Shown here piece after piece: positions 43,471-58,300 of a DNA stretch of 64,000 nucleotides. Source of the DNA: Catajapyx aquilonaris (taxonomy: Eukaryota); contig KZ537955.1 of the NCBI GenBank assembly GCA_000934665.2, positions 1 to 64,000 on the forward strand, in the 5' to 3' direction. The notes under the pieces were generated by a model. It did not search any database. It was not told where the DNA came from and was given only the letters and a program-made list of their open reading frames with translations. How positions within the stretch are numbered: position 1 is the stretch's first letter; each line of letters starts with the position of its first letter. The translations under genes were made by a program, and so were the position numbers.

Positions 43471-44524
43471 TTTATTCAGTAAATTTGCCGGATTTATGAA
43501 CTTTGGGGCAGGACATGGTGCTGGACAAAGTTTCTCTGACACTCCGAAGTGCAAGGCAAACTAACGCACGTGCTGTGCTTTTTACGAGTGTATGTAAAAA
43601 AAATGGGGCTTATCAGAAGGTGACCCTTGACCTTCGAAGGAAGTTTGGGGACGCGATGATTATGTCCCGTCACAGGTGGTGGTTAATCCTTTTTTTTAAA
43701 AAAAAAAACAATGTCCAAGAATCCATTCAGGTGGAACAATTGTCGGAATTTCCCAGCATATGACCATGAGCTCACCTCTACGAAAAATGTGCAACACCGT
43801 TTCATACACTTTCACACAATTCGAGGAAAATGTGTGGGTCTTGATTGTTACCACGTGATTCCAACCATGAGCCAACAATTTTGCATGGCCCAAAGGGCTG
43901 GGTCGGTAGGTTGGTAGTCTGGAGAAAACAAGTTTGCTGACGAAAGAAAGTGTGTGTGTGTACATGTGAGAACATACGCATTAATAATGCTGGCGGAGTT
44001 AGTAAATTTTTAATTAGTGAAACAAACACACGGTCTGTATCCCACGTAATATAAAAGCCAGGGCAGTTCTAAATATAGGCCATTCACTACCCTACCAAAG
44101 TATATTTAGCCCTTCCAATGTGTAACCCCGTCCAAGAAAACGTTTGTTTCTAGGACTGGTATGACACAAAAATCTGTCAAACTGCCAGAAAGGACGATAC
44201 GCACACACACACAAAAAAACAATATTTTAGGAGACTTTGAGGGCAAGCCATGTGGCTTGCGTGACTCTCTTATTTGCCGTGTAAAAACTGAGTTGGCGAA
44301 GAACGGGATACGGGCAAGGAGAACAGGTTGCTGCGGGCCTATTCGACTTCTCCTTCACCAAACCTTTGGTCGAAAGTACTTTTTTTTTTAAACATGTACA
44401 CCACGAGCCTTGACGTAACTCCACTGGAAGTAGTCGAAATATATGTACGCATTGCGTAATATTTTTTCATTGTTTAGTATGGCCAGGTCGCTGTTATTTT
44501 ATGCTGCGGTTCCTTTAGAGGCGC

Positions 44525-44843
44525 CCTATACTTATAAACGGGAAAGTTTGCACATATCTGTGTATGTTTGTCCGGGCTACCCGGGGCTACCTAACCCACT
44601 TCCAGACTACGAAAGTGATGAAATTTGGCACGCCGATTGAGGGAACATGTCAAAAACAGCACTTTTTGAGCCTAAAAAGTCAGGATTCTTGGAATTTTAT
44701 GAAGTTTGGTGTTTTGTTTATTTATGGCCAGTTTCACCAAAAGCAGCATATGATTGGAAAATCCCTACATATTTGCATGAATTTTCCGAAAGGACAGCCG
44801 TTTTATCATATACTGCTCTTGGTGAAACTGGCCCTTAGCTATT
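44525..44843 (+). mobile_element. Non-autonomous Helitron-like family, copy C (longest)
   Basis: 5' cctatacttataaa..tgtatgtttgtccgggctacctaacccacttccagactac..tgaaatttggcac; 3' end ..cttagctatt resembles a degenerate CTAG terminus. Confidence 0.65.
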
Positions 44844-46290
44844 TAGTTATCAATCCCTGTGCCTATTGCTATAGTTATTATTAAACCAGCGCATGTATAA
44901 TGCTGCAGGTGCAATATTTATAAACCGCTTAACGACACACATGTTCAGTATTAGGGTCACATCAGATCCGATTTTTTTTCCCATCTCCCACCAGCTGAAT
45001 GATCGACATTTTGTTAAAAATATGCACCAAAATAAAGGTGGTGACGTCCGGGGAATAATAATATAATAAAATAAAGAGGGGGATACCTTTCTCCTGTGAG
45101 GCGACATTGTTAGGGGTGGCTGCATTGTACGAGGGATTGAAAAGAGACTCTTTTTTGCCTATTCTAATGGGTTTTCAGGGGAGAGTGGAGCCAAGACCAT
45201 TGTGTTCATACACTTTCTGTTGGATGCTGCTTTAGATAGGAGATAATGCAGGTGCGAGCTTAAACGCTGTGTTGCCAACGGGTGGGGGAATGAAAAATCA
45301 TGTACTTTTAGGGGGAGGTAACGCTTGTAAATTAAGCGAGACCTAAATGACCTCAACGGTGTATTTCCGGATTCATATCTATTTAGTAGCAGGGTTTGTT
45401 AAGCTTGTTTTGATAACGACTGCACATGAGGTAGCCAGTGAGTAAAATGAACGCGGCAGGCTAATTACAGCACATTCTTTTGATTGCACTAAGCATATTT
45501 CGGGCTCCCAATGTATATACACTATACTCGAATAGCTGGACTGTAAAGGACTCGGGTTTTAAATTGGTTTAAAACGGCGCATCAATCCGGCTGTTTGTGT
45601 GGGCATTGACGCTGTATATGCATCGGCCGACAATAACATGATTGCATTGCATAATTTGGACGCTGAATATTCCTTGTCATTTGCACATTATCTAATAGTT
45701 TGTTCCTGAATGAGATGACAGGGGGGCGGTTCAATAATTCGGAGGCGTGAGTGTACAAAATTATTAGTCTGTTTCGTTATATTAAAGTTGCATAACTTTT
45801 CGATTTGCGGTCATAAGGGCGTAGGAGCTGAGATGGACAGCCCAGGGACGAAGTTTTAATATTGGCTCCTATTTCTAAAAAGAAGCTGACATCAGCAACG
45901 TGTCGCAGCGGATGAAAATGAAATTAGATTGCGCCATGTACATTTTCTTGTTATCCGGAGACGTGGGATTTTATTATTAGATGAGATGAAAATGATTTTT
46001 TTTTCTCTCCCCCTGATTTCCGCCTAAAATTCCGTATGCTGCTTGCCTCTCAGGCTTAGTGACGTCATGTGTTCGCTACAAGATCAATTTGACCCCTTCG
46101 CCGTGCAATTTTCCGACCTTGAGTTCACTTTCAAAACGTATAAATAGCCTTATGTGACGACCGGCTTAGTATAGGGAAAGAGTGTTTAATGGGAGATTAA
46201 CGATTTATTTGCTTCAAAAAAAACACACACACACCGCGCCGGATCAGACTTTTAAGCCGCCTGAATTAATGTACTTGTTGGCAATAAATA

Positions 46291-46408
46291 TTTTTCGAGG
46301 GGCAGTTAGGTGCAAAATGTCGAATTACACCGTGCAACTGAAACATGCAGCATATGCTTCAGTTGCGGTGTAATTCGACATTTTGCACCTAACTGCCCCC
46401 CCGAAAAA
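46291..46408. mobile_element. Palindromic MITE-like element
   Basis: Perfect 34-bp inverted arms ggggcagttaggtgcaaaatgtcgaattacaccg / cggtgtaattcgacattttgcacctaactgcccc, plus an inner caactgaa/ttcagttg pair. Confidence 0.75.
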
Positions 46409-48364
46409 AGTAAAGTACGCACCTGTACGTAAGGTTAAATTGAGTCATATCATCCGGTTGTCAAACCCACTTCTTTTGTGTGACGTTTGCAAGACCCAAG
46501 CAATAATGTCCTGAATGGTGCGATGATATTGGTCATGAGACGAGGGTAATTAGCTGCGAACGATCCAAGAGACGGGGAGAAATCGGCCCTTTAAAGTCAG
46601 TCCCGCATCTTTTGTCCAATCTGTGCCTTTATGACGCTCTGAATTTGTAAGTGGGTAGGTAAAGTCGTATTACCCACGCCCCTCTTAAAGTGGCTCCGAA
46701 TGAAGGTCAGGAAAGAGAGGTTGTTGATGTCTATACTTTTTTTTTTTTGTAGAAGTGTATAGTGTTACGTTAGTTCTGGAGGTACCGATACTGTAACATA
46801 TATACTCGTGACAGTACAGTATGTTTGTGGGAATGCGATTACAGGTCATACACTTTCGACAGCTGGAAACAAATATTTGATATACATCATACTGTATTCC
46901 CAAAGCAGTGTTCGCCACGGTATACAAGCACATGTGGCTAATTCGTAATACGTGAGAAGAAAAAGGGCCTTGTCGCAGCCTACAGATTTACTCAAAACGC
47001 AATAACTTGTTTACTTCTGCGCAAATAAAACAATTATTTCAGGTCTTACCCATCAGGTGGGCTTATTAGTACAACAAAATAATACAGTAACGATGCAGGT
47101 GCTGGATAATATTTTGATGCGTAGTATTGAAACTTAATAATTCCGTACACTGCGTACTGGTATAATATTACAGCATTACTGTATTTATAGTTTGCGCCTG
47201 TTTGCGTTTGAAATCAATAATGTACCATCCATGTAAATATTACGCACTATTAGTAAATAAACCGCGCTGTGCAATGTGTGTCAAACCCACATTTCACAGG
47301 GTGCTAGGAAATTACTGGATATGCATGAAAAATATGAGCGAATTAGTTGTTGAAAATAATATAAAATCTTGATTATGAGCACATATCACTTACACATAGC
47401 TATTTTCTGTTTACAATGTATGACATTACTTTACAGTTACACCATTGACGTTATGGCAAAGTACGACTTAGGTCGTAACAGACGGGTATTTGTGTGTATC
47501 ATAAATATATCATTTTATTACACAGGCTAAGCAGCTTTACGTGAAGTATTACATAAGCGTCCTAGTTTATGCTTGGGATAATTTCATGAAATATGCTTTG
47601 TTATTCACATATTTACTAGTGTATGCTGGTATAGACATGGACATGTATCACATTGAATTTCACGATATTGGATTTCAACATAAACCATGGGCATTTAGGA
47701 CATAAATGCAATACAAGCTCTGCTGTATTATAATAATTACCTCGAATATCATCTGTATAGTATGTGCCACACATTTAGATTATTTGTGCCGAATTGTGTC
47801 ATCTGCTTCATCACAAAGAAATGCGATGATAAAAAATTATTTAATGCAACTCCATTGTATTTGCGCCAGTTGTCGCATTATGTAACGCGTAATATTTGAA
47901 GCGTAAATTTTAACAGTGAACTCAAAGCCCTGTCATATTCTATCAAAATGCCGAACGTGGTTCCAAATCTAATGAGCCTACTTGAAATGCTTTCTTTCTT
48001 CTTTTTTTTTGTACATCTGATCCGCTTGAAACTTGCGAGATCTCTTCTTCAACCCAAAGCGCAATTTGCCTTTTCACCTCTTCAATTAGCCCAATCAATT
48101 AGCCCCGGCTTGATTTTGGGGATGGGGTCCCCGGCCCAGGGTTTAGAAAACTAAGTCACAGATTTTGCAGCCAGGAGAGTGTGTGCCTCTGGGGGGCCGA
48201 TGGCAGTTTGTAATTGTGGGAACGGGGGCAAGGACCTTCTCGTGTTTGCTTTTCCGGACTCCTTATTGATTACCAATACGGTCAGTGAGTATTGTCCCGC
48301 AACAAACCAAGGTTCATCCATACATTTTGGGGCTGCTTGCGCACACACTGTTTTCCTGGCAGCC

Positions 48365-48492
48365 TATCTCTACATAATATAAAGCAGAATGTTTGTCTGT
48401 CCGGGATACCTAACCCACTTTCAGACTACTGAGAGTGCTGAAACTTGGCACACCAATGTGTATAAGCAGACGGAGAGAATAAGGGGATTAGT
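48365..48492 (+). mobile_element. Non-autonomous Helitron-like family, copy D
   Basis: tctctacataatataaagcagaatgtttgtctgtccgggatacctaacccactttcagactactgagagtgctgaaacttggcac; the TC start and GTYT microsatellite are typical of arthropod non-autonomous Helitrons. Confidence 0.7.
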
Positions 48493-51400
48493 ATAGTATG
48501 GTGCTTGTTATCTATTCGGAGTTGGGGAAACAGGTGACTCGAACCGTTCCGGACACTCGGGGGAGGTCACACACGGTTCTTCTCTTTTGCTTACCTGTTT
48601 GTCCAGCCAGAAGGGAAAAGTGAGACGGACTTACTTACGTTCGCAGGTGGTTGGCTTCCACCTTTTCTCTTCCTGCTTCTCCCAGGAATTTAGTGTTACG
48701 CCTCACTTTTATCAGCTGGAACACTTTTTGGGAGGGTTCTGGGTCCATGTTTGGAATTTGGAGGACACGTGTCCTATTCCCGGGGGTTGGGGGGACATGC
48801 CGCCGATTTTTTTTTCTTCCATTTTTTGTAGGTTGATGATCGAGCGGGGTGGGGTGTAAAAAATGCTGGGGGGTTACGTCAGCTGTCAGGTGCTTGTGTG
48901 ACATTTCGACGGTGACTGTACTGCGGGACAGGCGCCGTCATTTTGTATGGTGGGATGGGGAAATTGGGGGAAATTGGATTTGCACCTGGTGATGCCGACG
49001 TCTGAAAGTCATCGGGGTGAGCCATATTTGGAAGCTAAATTAAATATTGTTTTTGCGGACGGGACATGTGGCTCGCCATAATTAAAACATGCAGGGGCAT
49101 CAACATTGTTGTTTCGGGGGGGAACTTCTTGGTGTTGTTGTATCATATCCATATCCGCCTCGCGGGAGGTGCACATAGCGGGCGTTTGTGGATAACCTTT
49201 CAATTATGCATGTGACCTCGTTTTGCTGTGCTTGTACAGTGCAAGGCATGTATGTGTGTGTGTGCTGGAGTGGACAACAAAATAGGACTTGCACAATATT
49301 GCTGACAAGTTCAAGGATTGTAAGCGACACAAGCCCTGAAACCGTGAAATGTAATGTGTTATTTATAGGCATTGGACTGTTGTGTGGATGGCTTATTTAG
49401 TCTAGCAATTACCACTTGATGTTTGCAATTGAAATAATACTTAATGTTGCAAAGCACTGGTGCGTATATTGTACACTGTTATTGCTGTGGGTTTAATATT
49501 ATTTTGCTTAATTATACATGTTCATTACCGCCTATGCTGCAATATGAGTTGTCAACTTTTTCTTAACAATGACCACTTTCTCGTTGTAATATTTTTATGT
49601 GACAAGGAATAACAGGCTTGATTATAAGACGTCATGCAATGTTGATATGATGTCTTATCAATGTGTATTATTATGGCAATCTAAATATTGCTTACCGCCA
49701 GTATATTACATCCATAAGTGGATTCATACATTTGTATTGGCGTCTTTCACATATGCTATGAGCGCAATATTAAAATATACGTACTTTTCATGCTTTTGCT
49801 AGAGTATATATCCGGTTTTAATTTGTTTGCTCAATCGTTAATGTCACATTTTATCCTCAAGTGACATGCAGCGCGATGGGAATGTATGTATCTATATGTG
49901 GAAATAAGCATTGCCCCCAAATCACAGACCAGGAGTCACATGTTACAATATCTGTTTGTGAATGCTGATTTACACGCAGTACCGCATGATTGACACGCCA
50001 GAAGGCAGATTGAACAGTAAACAAGCGCGGGTAACTGCCGGCCACATAAGTTTAGGGCCATTTTCAACTGCAAAAAAAATGTGACAATTCGCACACAAAA
50101 AAAAGTATCCATCACACTCGCCTCTCATGTTGTACTTTTTTGGCGGAAAAAATTCGGACATTTCGCAGCATATATATTAGTATATGGTTATTATGTGGCA
50201 GATGTGAGGACGGAAGCCGGAGGTTATTAACATTTGAGGAAATTAGCGGGGGTTGGTGAGGGTTAATACGTCACGCTTGTGGAGACCTGTACGGGAAGCT
50301 TCCGTCGAAAAAAGGAACGTTGGAATTTGACAAACCGTGACAATATCGGTCCTATAAGAAAAGAAGGGGGGGGGGGGGGGGNGGGGGGGGGGTCCACATG
50401 AGCAAATTCACGATGCTTTTTGTAAGTTAATGAGGAGAAAACGGGGCCGTATTGGAATGACCCATGGACAAAAACTTTTATCCTCAGGTCTTACCATTTC
50501 CGTTATACCGTTCGGCACGCACCGTTGGACCGGAATGCACAGGTGTGCACCGCGGCCAGTTTCAGACCCGTGCTTATGTGTGTGTGAGTGGGGGGGATCC
50601 CGAAATACCCAACAACAAACATTGCGTCACGCCATGGGCCGAAGAAAAATATTTTACGGCCACTATACAGTGAAAACCGAGCGAAATTGGTGCATTACCA
50701 AGTTTTTGGGGGTTTGGCCCTGTTGGATGCCCTGTTTTGTGTGGGTATGTCATTTGGTCAACGAAGATTAAATATATAACGGGACAAAACGCTAGCAGGT
50801 GCGCCTTATCAATTTATGTGTTGTTGCCATGCGGCCAATTTCATATTTCATGTTTCAATACGATGTTGTCATGCAGTTTTAATTTAATCTGCGTACTATA
50901 GGCTGCTTCCGAGAGACAAAAAAATGGATGTGGCATACATTTTTTTTTGCTTAATTCTTCCGTAACGAGGCTGCGGACACCAAATGACAACCTCGCATAA
51001 AATGATTACCTGCTTTAGAAGAATAAGGTCGAAAAGTTTGTAGGAATCATTACAAAACACCGAGGCCAGTTTCTGGAATATCCTCCCCCGTAAAACGACA
51101 AGTATTGCGTCACACCATACATGAGATAATTTTTTTACGGTAACTATAGCGCCACTATGAAAATGCGTCTCCCCCATCGTTACCCCATTTAAATCACTGT
51201 AAATGTCAGCGCTAACGTCGCATACATCATGTGCCGCGTTTGTTCCCGGAAAAATTATAGGCATTTTCTCCGGAGTGGGGAGGAAGCACTGTGCACATAA
51301 CCTAATCAATACGCGATTTTTTTTTCCGTATGTACAGGACATGTTCTTTGCCCATCCCCAAAATTTTTAGGACCTGCTCCATTGTATGTGTTTAAAAAAT

Positions 51401-51574
51401 CATGTCGATTTTTTGAGGACATGCGGGCATAGGTACAGGTAATGGAAAAATATACGAACATTTGCTTAATAAACGAAGTGTATAGTACGTCATGTCCAAC
51501 TGAATTAGTCTGTAATGTTTCTGTTCGTAAATGTAGTACCAGTAATAACACTGGATGTATTGTACTTTATGTTA

Positions 51575-52385
51575 AAATGGAAAATTGGGAAAGAATGGGA
51601 AATATGCTGCCCAGCAGTAAAAATATGCGTCACATCCACAGTAATGAGACGTATTGTAACTTTCCTTTCCGGAATTTCGTAATAAACTGATTTATATTTT
51701 CATAAAAATGGGGAAATGCGTGAAAGAATGGGAAATATGCGTTACGTCCGAGCATGTAATGAGAATTTTTTCTTCAATTTCTCAGAAATTGCAAAAAAAA
51801 AATCTCATTACATCTTGTCAATGTTTATGAAAGTAATAATAAAAATTGCAGCCGTTGCATTATATATTTTTTTAAAGATTCGGTGGGGATGCTGAATTCT
51901 GATGAGGAAAGTCATAATAAACTTATTTATAGTTTAATAAAAATGGGGAAATATGAAACTATTGGCTTAATAAGCAAAATATGCATTACGTCCCAGGTAA
52001 TGAGTTTTTAAATATTTCTTACGTCTTGTCAATGTCCATGAAAGTAATAATTAAAAATGCAGGTGTCGCATTATATTTTTATAAAAAAGGTTGGGGGTGC
52101 CCAATGAAAAATGCGTCGCATCCAAACTAAAGAGACGCATGTAATTTTCATTTTATAGGAAAGTCATAATAAACTTATTCCATATTTTAATAAAAATGGG
52201 GCGAATGATAAGTATGAACAGTTTGATCAATAAACAAAAACTTGTGGTACTACCCAGGTAATGAGTTTTTTTTGTCAATTTCTTCCGACTTGTCAATGTT
52301 CATGAAAATAATAATTTTTGTAAAAAATGCAAGTGTTGCATTTTTTAAAAAAGAAATTCGTTGGGGGTGCTGAATTTTGAGGGGG
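51575..52385. repeat. Degenerate tandem repeat with ~210-260 bp units (about 3 copies)
   Basis: Block cttgtcaatgt..atgaaa.taataat recurs near 51814, 52025 and 52288; ggaaagtcataataaacttatt recurs near 51906 and 52158. Confidence 0.8.
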
Positions 52386-55300
52386 CATCGCTCTGGGAGG
52401 CAAGCGTTTTAGGCCCCCCTTCTCTCTATGTATAACCCCCCCTATCCATGCCCCCCTCTTGGTGTGCGTGCTGCTGGTTGGTCGGCTGGGTCGGGGTTTT
52501 GGGTTGGCTGTTTTTTGGGGGGGTGGTAGTGGGTGGTTGGGGGGGTGGGGAAGGTTGAAACGAGGCCGAGAAGAATGCCGCCACTGCGATCGATGGCGGG
52601 GGCTTTGCCATATAGGATAGAATGGGGATTGGGAGAGGAGGAGGACTGGGGGGTTACTGTAGTAATACTACGGGAGCTGCCAACTAGAGAGGTGAGGGAA
52701 TGGAACCAAGCTTCCTAAAAAAAAAAATGTAGCCCTGAAGTTTTTTTTTTTTTCGGCGAGAGGACCAAAACTGCGTGAAGTTTCCAGGGATTGGTATCTC
52801 GGAGGTATTGCACACTCTGGGAGAAGTTTAACATTTGCAAGAGTGGCATGTGGTGGTTGTTGCGATTTTCGGGCGAAAAAGGTCGTTGCTCTGCTTTACT
52901 ATGTAGGCACTACTAGTTTCCTTACGTGGGAGTTAGTAGGCTAAGTATAAGAAGTGATCGCTCAAATATGCCGTCGATTTACAAGGGTCCGGATTGAATC
53001 TGGCGATATCTGCAGTCATTGCATCAAAACCAGTGACGAAAAAAAAAAGGTTTACAATACCTGCGAAATTTCTGAACGTTAAATGCGACGACACTTTTAT
53101 TGACCTTTAATAGCTCTGCATGTATACACTTTAAGTTCATTGCCAGTAAGTTGCTCTTTTATCGAACTATAACTGGCTGCTACTACAGTAAGTGTCATTA
53201 GCATGATTATTCAGCAAACTTATGTGCGAATCTAAGAATAGCTCAGTGGCAAATTATTGTAGGCATTTAATGATCGAGTTTATTATTGTAGCCTAGAAGT
53301 TTGATATGTTTGTAATTTACATGGCTATACTCATACAGTATGTGTAATTTAATAATGCAGCTGGCAGAGCCGTCATTTTTTGTGTGTGAAACGTGTTTCT
53401 TTGAGGGAAAACTTGACGAATCTCCTCAGATGAGATAATAATAATAATAATAAAATTCGGAAATTTTTACTATAGTAGTATAGGTGTTACTGTTACGAAA
53501 TTTACAATAAGTGCTTATGTTCAGTATATTACACCCTGTGCAGCGCAGGAAACAATGATTTTGCGCGTCAAAGATTGACCTGCAGCGATAGGCTGTACGT
53601 CAGCTGCATTGATTCCTAAAGTCCGAATGCGGTGATACATTTTTGCGTCATGTTGCTATGCCGAGAGAGAGAAATAGTTTGCATAGAGGGTGGGCTGCAT
53701 TTCCATGCCAAGCTTTACGTTAGGCCAATGAAAATACTGATTGATGCCAACAGCAAAAGGATAGCTCTCAATATTTAAAAAAATCACCCCTGCCACTTTT
53801 TATATGTGCATTCGGCGCAATTCTGGGGGATGGATGAATTTATTTTGCCTGCCTTGCTTTTTCGTCAGTGAAATCTTTATCGACAATCTTGCTTCGATGG
53901 CTCTTCGAACGCCTCAAGTACTGCAAATTCGTGTTCAGCGTGCTTCGTAACGCTTCAGGCAAAACTTCTAAGGAGAACTTCATGAAACCCTTTTTAGTAG
54001 GCATGTCATCTGGTTACTGAAGCCTCGTTACTGTGAGCTTCAAACATTCCTTCATGAGATGATGGTCACAAGTTTGAAGTTATACTGGGCCACTTTTTCA
54101 GTTAGAGATAATTATCTGAATAATGAGGCTTCTGATACTAAATGACATTCTCGCATAAAATTATCTCCACGAACTCATCTGTAACTTTACCTGAATCATT
54201 ACGAAACACTGTGTATACTTACACAGTTCTGAGCATACGAATTGGCTTTTGATTATTTGCAAACCAGCTCGACCTACAGCAGCGACTGACCAAGTTTCGC
54301 TGTCTAATACCTATTATCACAATGAACTTTTTTTGTATTATTTTAAATGGCAGATCACATGTTCGGCTTGCTGCGGAATGCAACCGCTTTTGCACTGCAC
54401 GCCCAGTGAGGTTTTCCTGGCTGCCTGTGTACGTGTGTGCGGTGTGAACATTACGGGGCCCGTATAATTATTGTCATCATTTAGGTGCGGATTCCACTTT
54501 GCGTTTGCTGGAGGCGGACTCCACTGTGCAGATGCCCCATTTTTGCATCAATATTATTACGAACCTTGTTATTATCACGCAACGAGCATATACATTGTTA
54601 GTTAGCTCTTACCTGTCTGGAAAAAAAAAAACACAAACAATGACTTGTGGAGGAAGCTGGAGTATGACACAATTGTATTGTTTTGGCACTGGTGCAATTT
54701 AGGCCTACTGTAATGTGACTGATTTTGGCGCTGCGTAATTATAGTGTTATATTTGTAGCGCAGATGGTAGCTAATATTGTGGATTACTTCCGGTGTTTAT
54801 GCTAATGGTTGTGTACCACTGCCAACCGTTAAAATGTATCGTATTTTTTACTACATACTTTGTGAATATTGGACTATTACATTGCAGGCCTATACACAAG
54901 AGAAATTCGAGGATTTAAATGCATGTAGCATGATAGCCCATATAGGCAGCCCTTTCTTTTGCATATCTTGATACGTGGTTTGAAAAGAAGGCACAGGTTT
55001 CTCGTAAGACTGGAAAACAAGTTGTTCATACGAATACTCGAACAAGTCTGGATAATCCGTAAACCTAGCAAATGACCATAGGGGACAAAAAAATATAAGT
55101 AGGATGGTCACTGAAAAGTGTACCGGTACAATACGTGTGTATCGGTTTGGGTCACAGAACTCATTTCCAAACAGGCCAACCGGAATACACCACACGCTGT
55201 TTTATAGACTCGTTTCATGTAGTCTATTGTCAACACAGTCAAAATAAAAAGAATTTAATCCAAATTAATTGCTCCTGCATCCGTTTCAGAGGCGGTTTTT

Positions 55301-58300
55301 TCGGCTCTCATAAAAAGAATATTTGCGTGTGTGACTTAATCGTCGTCTTTCCCACTTGGGAGGCAGCCTGTGGTTCAGAGGAAAAAAATTTTTCGTGCTT
55401 CTTCCAGAGGCGGGAAATCGGCTTCGTCCGGTGAAACTTGCAGACTCAAAAAAGAGAGAAGAAGACCACGTAATAATTTCCGTCCACGCGAAAATGTTCG
55501 TTGGACACGCACGTTTCGTTTCCTCCGGTTATGCGGCAGGAAGCTGTGTGTGTATATATAGCTTATAACCCCTTCTCAACTTTTCTCCCTCCAAAAAGTT
55601 GTGGGGCAGACATGTAGGGTGACAATGGTATGTAATTTGCATAGCGGAAACTATGGTAGAAAATTATAACCGGGGCCTTGGCAAAGTTTGGTCCAGCAGA
55701 AAAGCCAAAATGTAAACTGTTGGGACACTTTCCTCTCTGATTGCGAACATGGAGCTCGATAGGTCGGCCATGAAGTTTTGATGAGGCTGCTGTTTTAACC
55801 CCGGCCTTCAACGTGAAAATCCTGATGGCCTGGAGACATGTACAAGGAGCCACAATAAACGCACGTGTATGCTCCAGGTTCAACCACAAGCAGCGGTTTT
55901 TTTTAATGGTAGAAAAAAGATGGCGGGGAAGTTACGTGATTACGTTACGTGAGCGGGTGATGTGGGCTGAATTTTTAAGTTATCTTTTGATGAAAAGAGG
56001 AGGAGAAAAAAAAAGCACGTGCTGATGGGTACACCTTGTAGTGTTATTTTTGGGCATGTGGACAATGTTGCAGTGCACATCAATGTTGCAGACGATGTGG
56101 GATATGTCTCCAGGGCGTTTATCTCGTCCATAATTGCAAAGAAATTTGCAGCACACAACTGTACAGAGCCTGTTGCGAAATTTTTTGTATGGTCCTGAAA
56201 AATGAGACCGAATTTTTGCGTCCGGTCACGTACAGTACGTTTTGTTTCATGCGTGTGAGCATTTAGAGGACGTAATGTATACCGGTTTTAGATCGAAAGG
56301 AAACATGTATTTCCTCCACTGCTTGGTTCGTATTGAGGACGAATCGATATCCAATATTCCCTAGAGGATGACGCGAAAGGGTATATAAGGGCGGTGGGGG
56401 ATTTTGGAGAGAGTAGATTGGTAGTATATTGGGCATCTATTTACCACCTACGGACCCTGCAGGTTTGATCCCTTGGTTAAAATATTGGACATTCCACGAG
56501 TCAGTTTGGCGTTTTCAATTTGGGTGTGCAATCATCCGAATATGATATGATTATACTGTGGAGGGGTGTAGGTGTGTGAGTGTGTGATTGCGATTGATGG
56601 GACGCCAGTATTTTGCCCAAGATGCATTTCCGGGAAGGCGAAATAATCGATCGTTTGCAAAATGTTGCCAACCAACGAAACAGCGGATGCGTGCGCAAAA
56701 TTATTTTTTTTGCAATAATAATTTACATGTTCGGTTTCTCTCTCCAGGAAGTGTGTCTGCGAAGAAGGCTAATGAGCTTTGTGGTGTCAGGTTAAATGTT
56801 GCAAGAGGGCTTTTAGGAAGCGTTTTATTGTGTGTGTGTGTGTGTGTGTCCCTGTGATGTTGTTGTCTGAAAGTTGCTGTCACGCTCGAGAGGTGGCAGC
56901 TAGGCTCGCGTGCTCTTGTCCTACTATCTGTGTCACCAGGGGAAATCAATTTTAAATCATATACATGGACCCACCCCTCCGAAAATCGAATGTCACCGTA
57001 GGAATTCTGGCCTCTCTCTAGTCCCAGAGAGCACATACAATGAATGTTTTACGTGGGGAGGGGTTCACAGCACTTTTTTTATTTTTTTATTTCCTGGATT
57101 TTTAAACCAAGTTGGACATTTCATTAAAGAACATTGCACATTCTGCGGCGATACATGTATTTTTTAAGGGTGGTAATTGCTGGCTTTTATGCAGCGCAGT
57201 GCTTTGGTTGCTGGGGAGTCAATTATTAAGTACATGCACCTGGTAATAAACATCGACAAAATGAGCTGGTTTACAGCCCGGTGCAGTATAAAAAGAAGCA
57301 ACCATCATCGACATTGTTGCTTCTTTATGAAACTGGCTGCTGGAGTGCACAATTTATAACATGTTCACCTAACCGATCATGAATAGGGGACAGTGCATCG
57401 CCCTGTATAATGAAGTCATATAATTGCGAATTCACTTCATGCAAAAGTTATGGTATAGGATATCATTTATCATTTTTGTTAAAATTGTAGTACCATGGAC
57501 CAAATGGAGTGTTTCATGGACCACGGCATTTTTTTCGGTCTCTTCTTCATTTTGAGCTCGCTGCATAAATTTTTGGTATATTGCTCTCAGCTTCAGAAAG
57601 TTCTATAAGGAGGATATTATCTGTGGAAAATTTATAACCTTCCGCTATTTCGGAGGCTGTATATTTTTTGAAGGCAGCATGAATATTTCTAACTGGTTGA
57701 ATGTCGATGTGTCATAACCATCCGGGCTTCGCTGAGCTTTTTCCCAGGCATTCATTGCCAACCTTGCAGAGTTTTCTGTGTGGCCCAAGAGACCCCCCAT
57801 CGACATACGCAAGGTCGCCCCCTTCTAATCTACATCTTTCAACTTCATTAGCAACACTTTATTTTTATTTTACGTAACCGACTGGTTGCGCTTGAAGGAT
57901 AAAAAAAAAGCGAGTAGATTCTGATTTTGTTTCACAGAGCCCATTGAAGTGTACAAAGAGCGATGTGTGGGCCCAAAAAGATAGCACGTGCCACGATAAG
58001 CCGACAATAGAAATAGTTGATTACTTATCCAACTGTTGGATAACGGGTGAATTCGAAATTGTTGGAATTTTGCAACTGCATTTTTTCTGTCTTTTTTAAA
58101 AATGCTTCCTATAGCCAATTATGAACAGCCCAATTTGTTGTGGCTGTTGTACATGCATAGTATAGTAAATTGGTAGGATCAGTAGTGAGTTAGGGTTTTA
58201 GTGTCAAAGTTTCAGTCTGCAGTCAATTTTTATGGCATCATCATCATCTTTGCATTTCGGCATGATACAGCATACTAAATAAAGCTTGTGCTCACATCTT

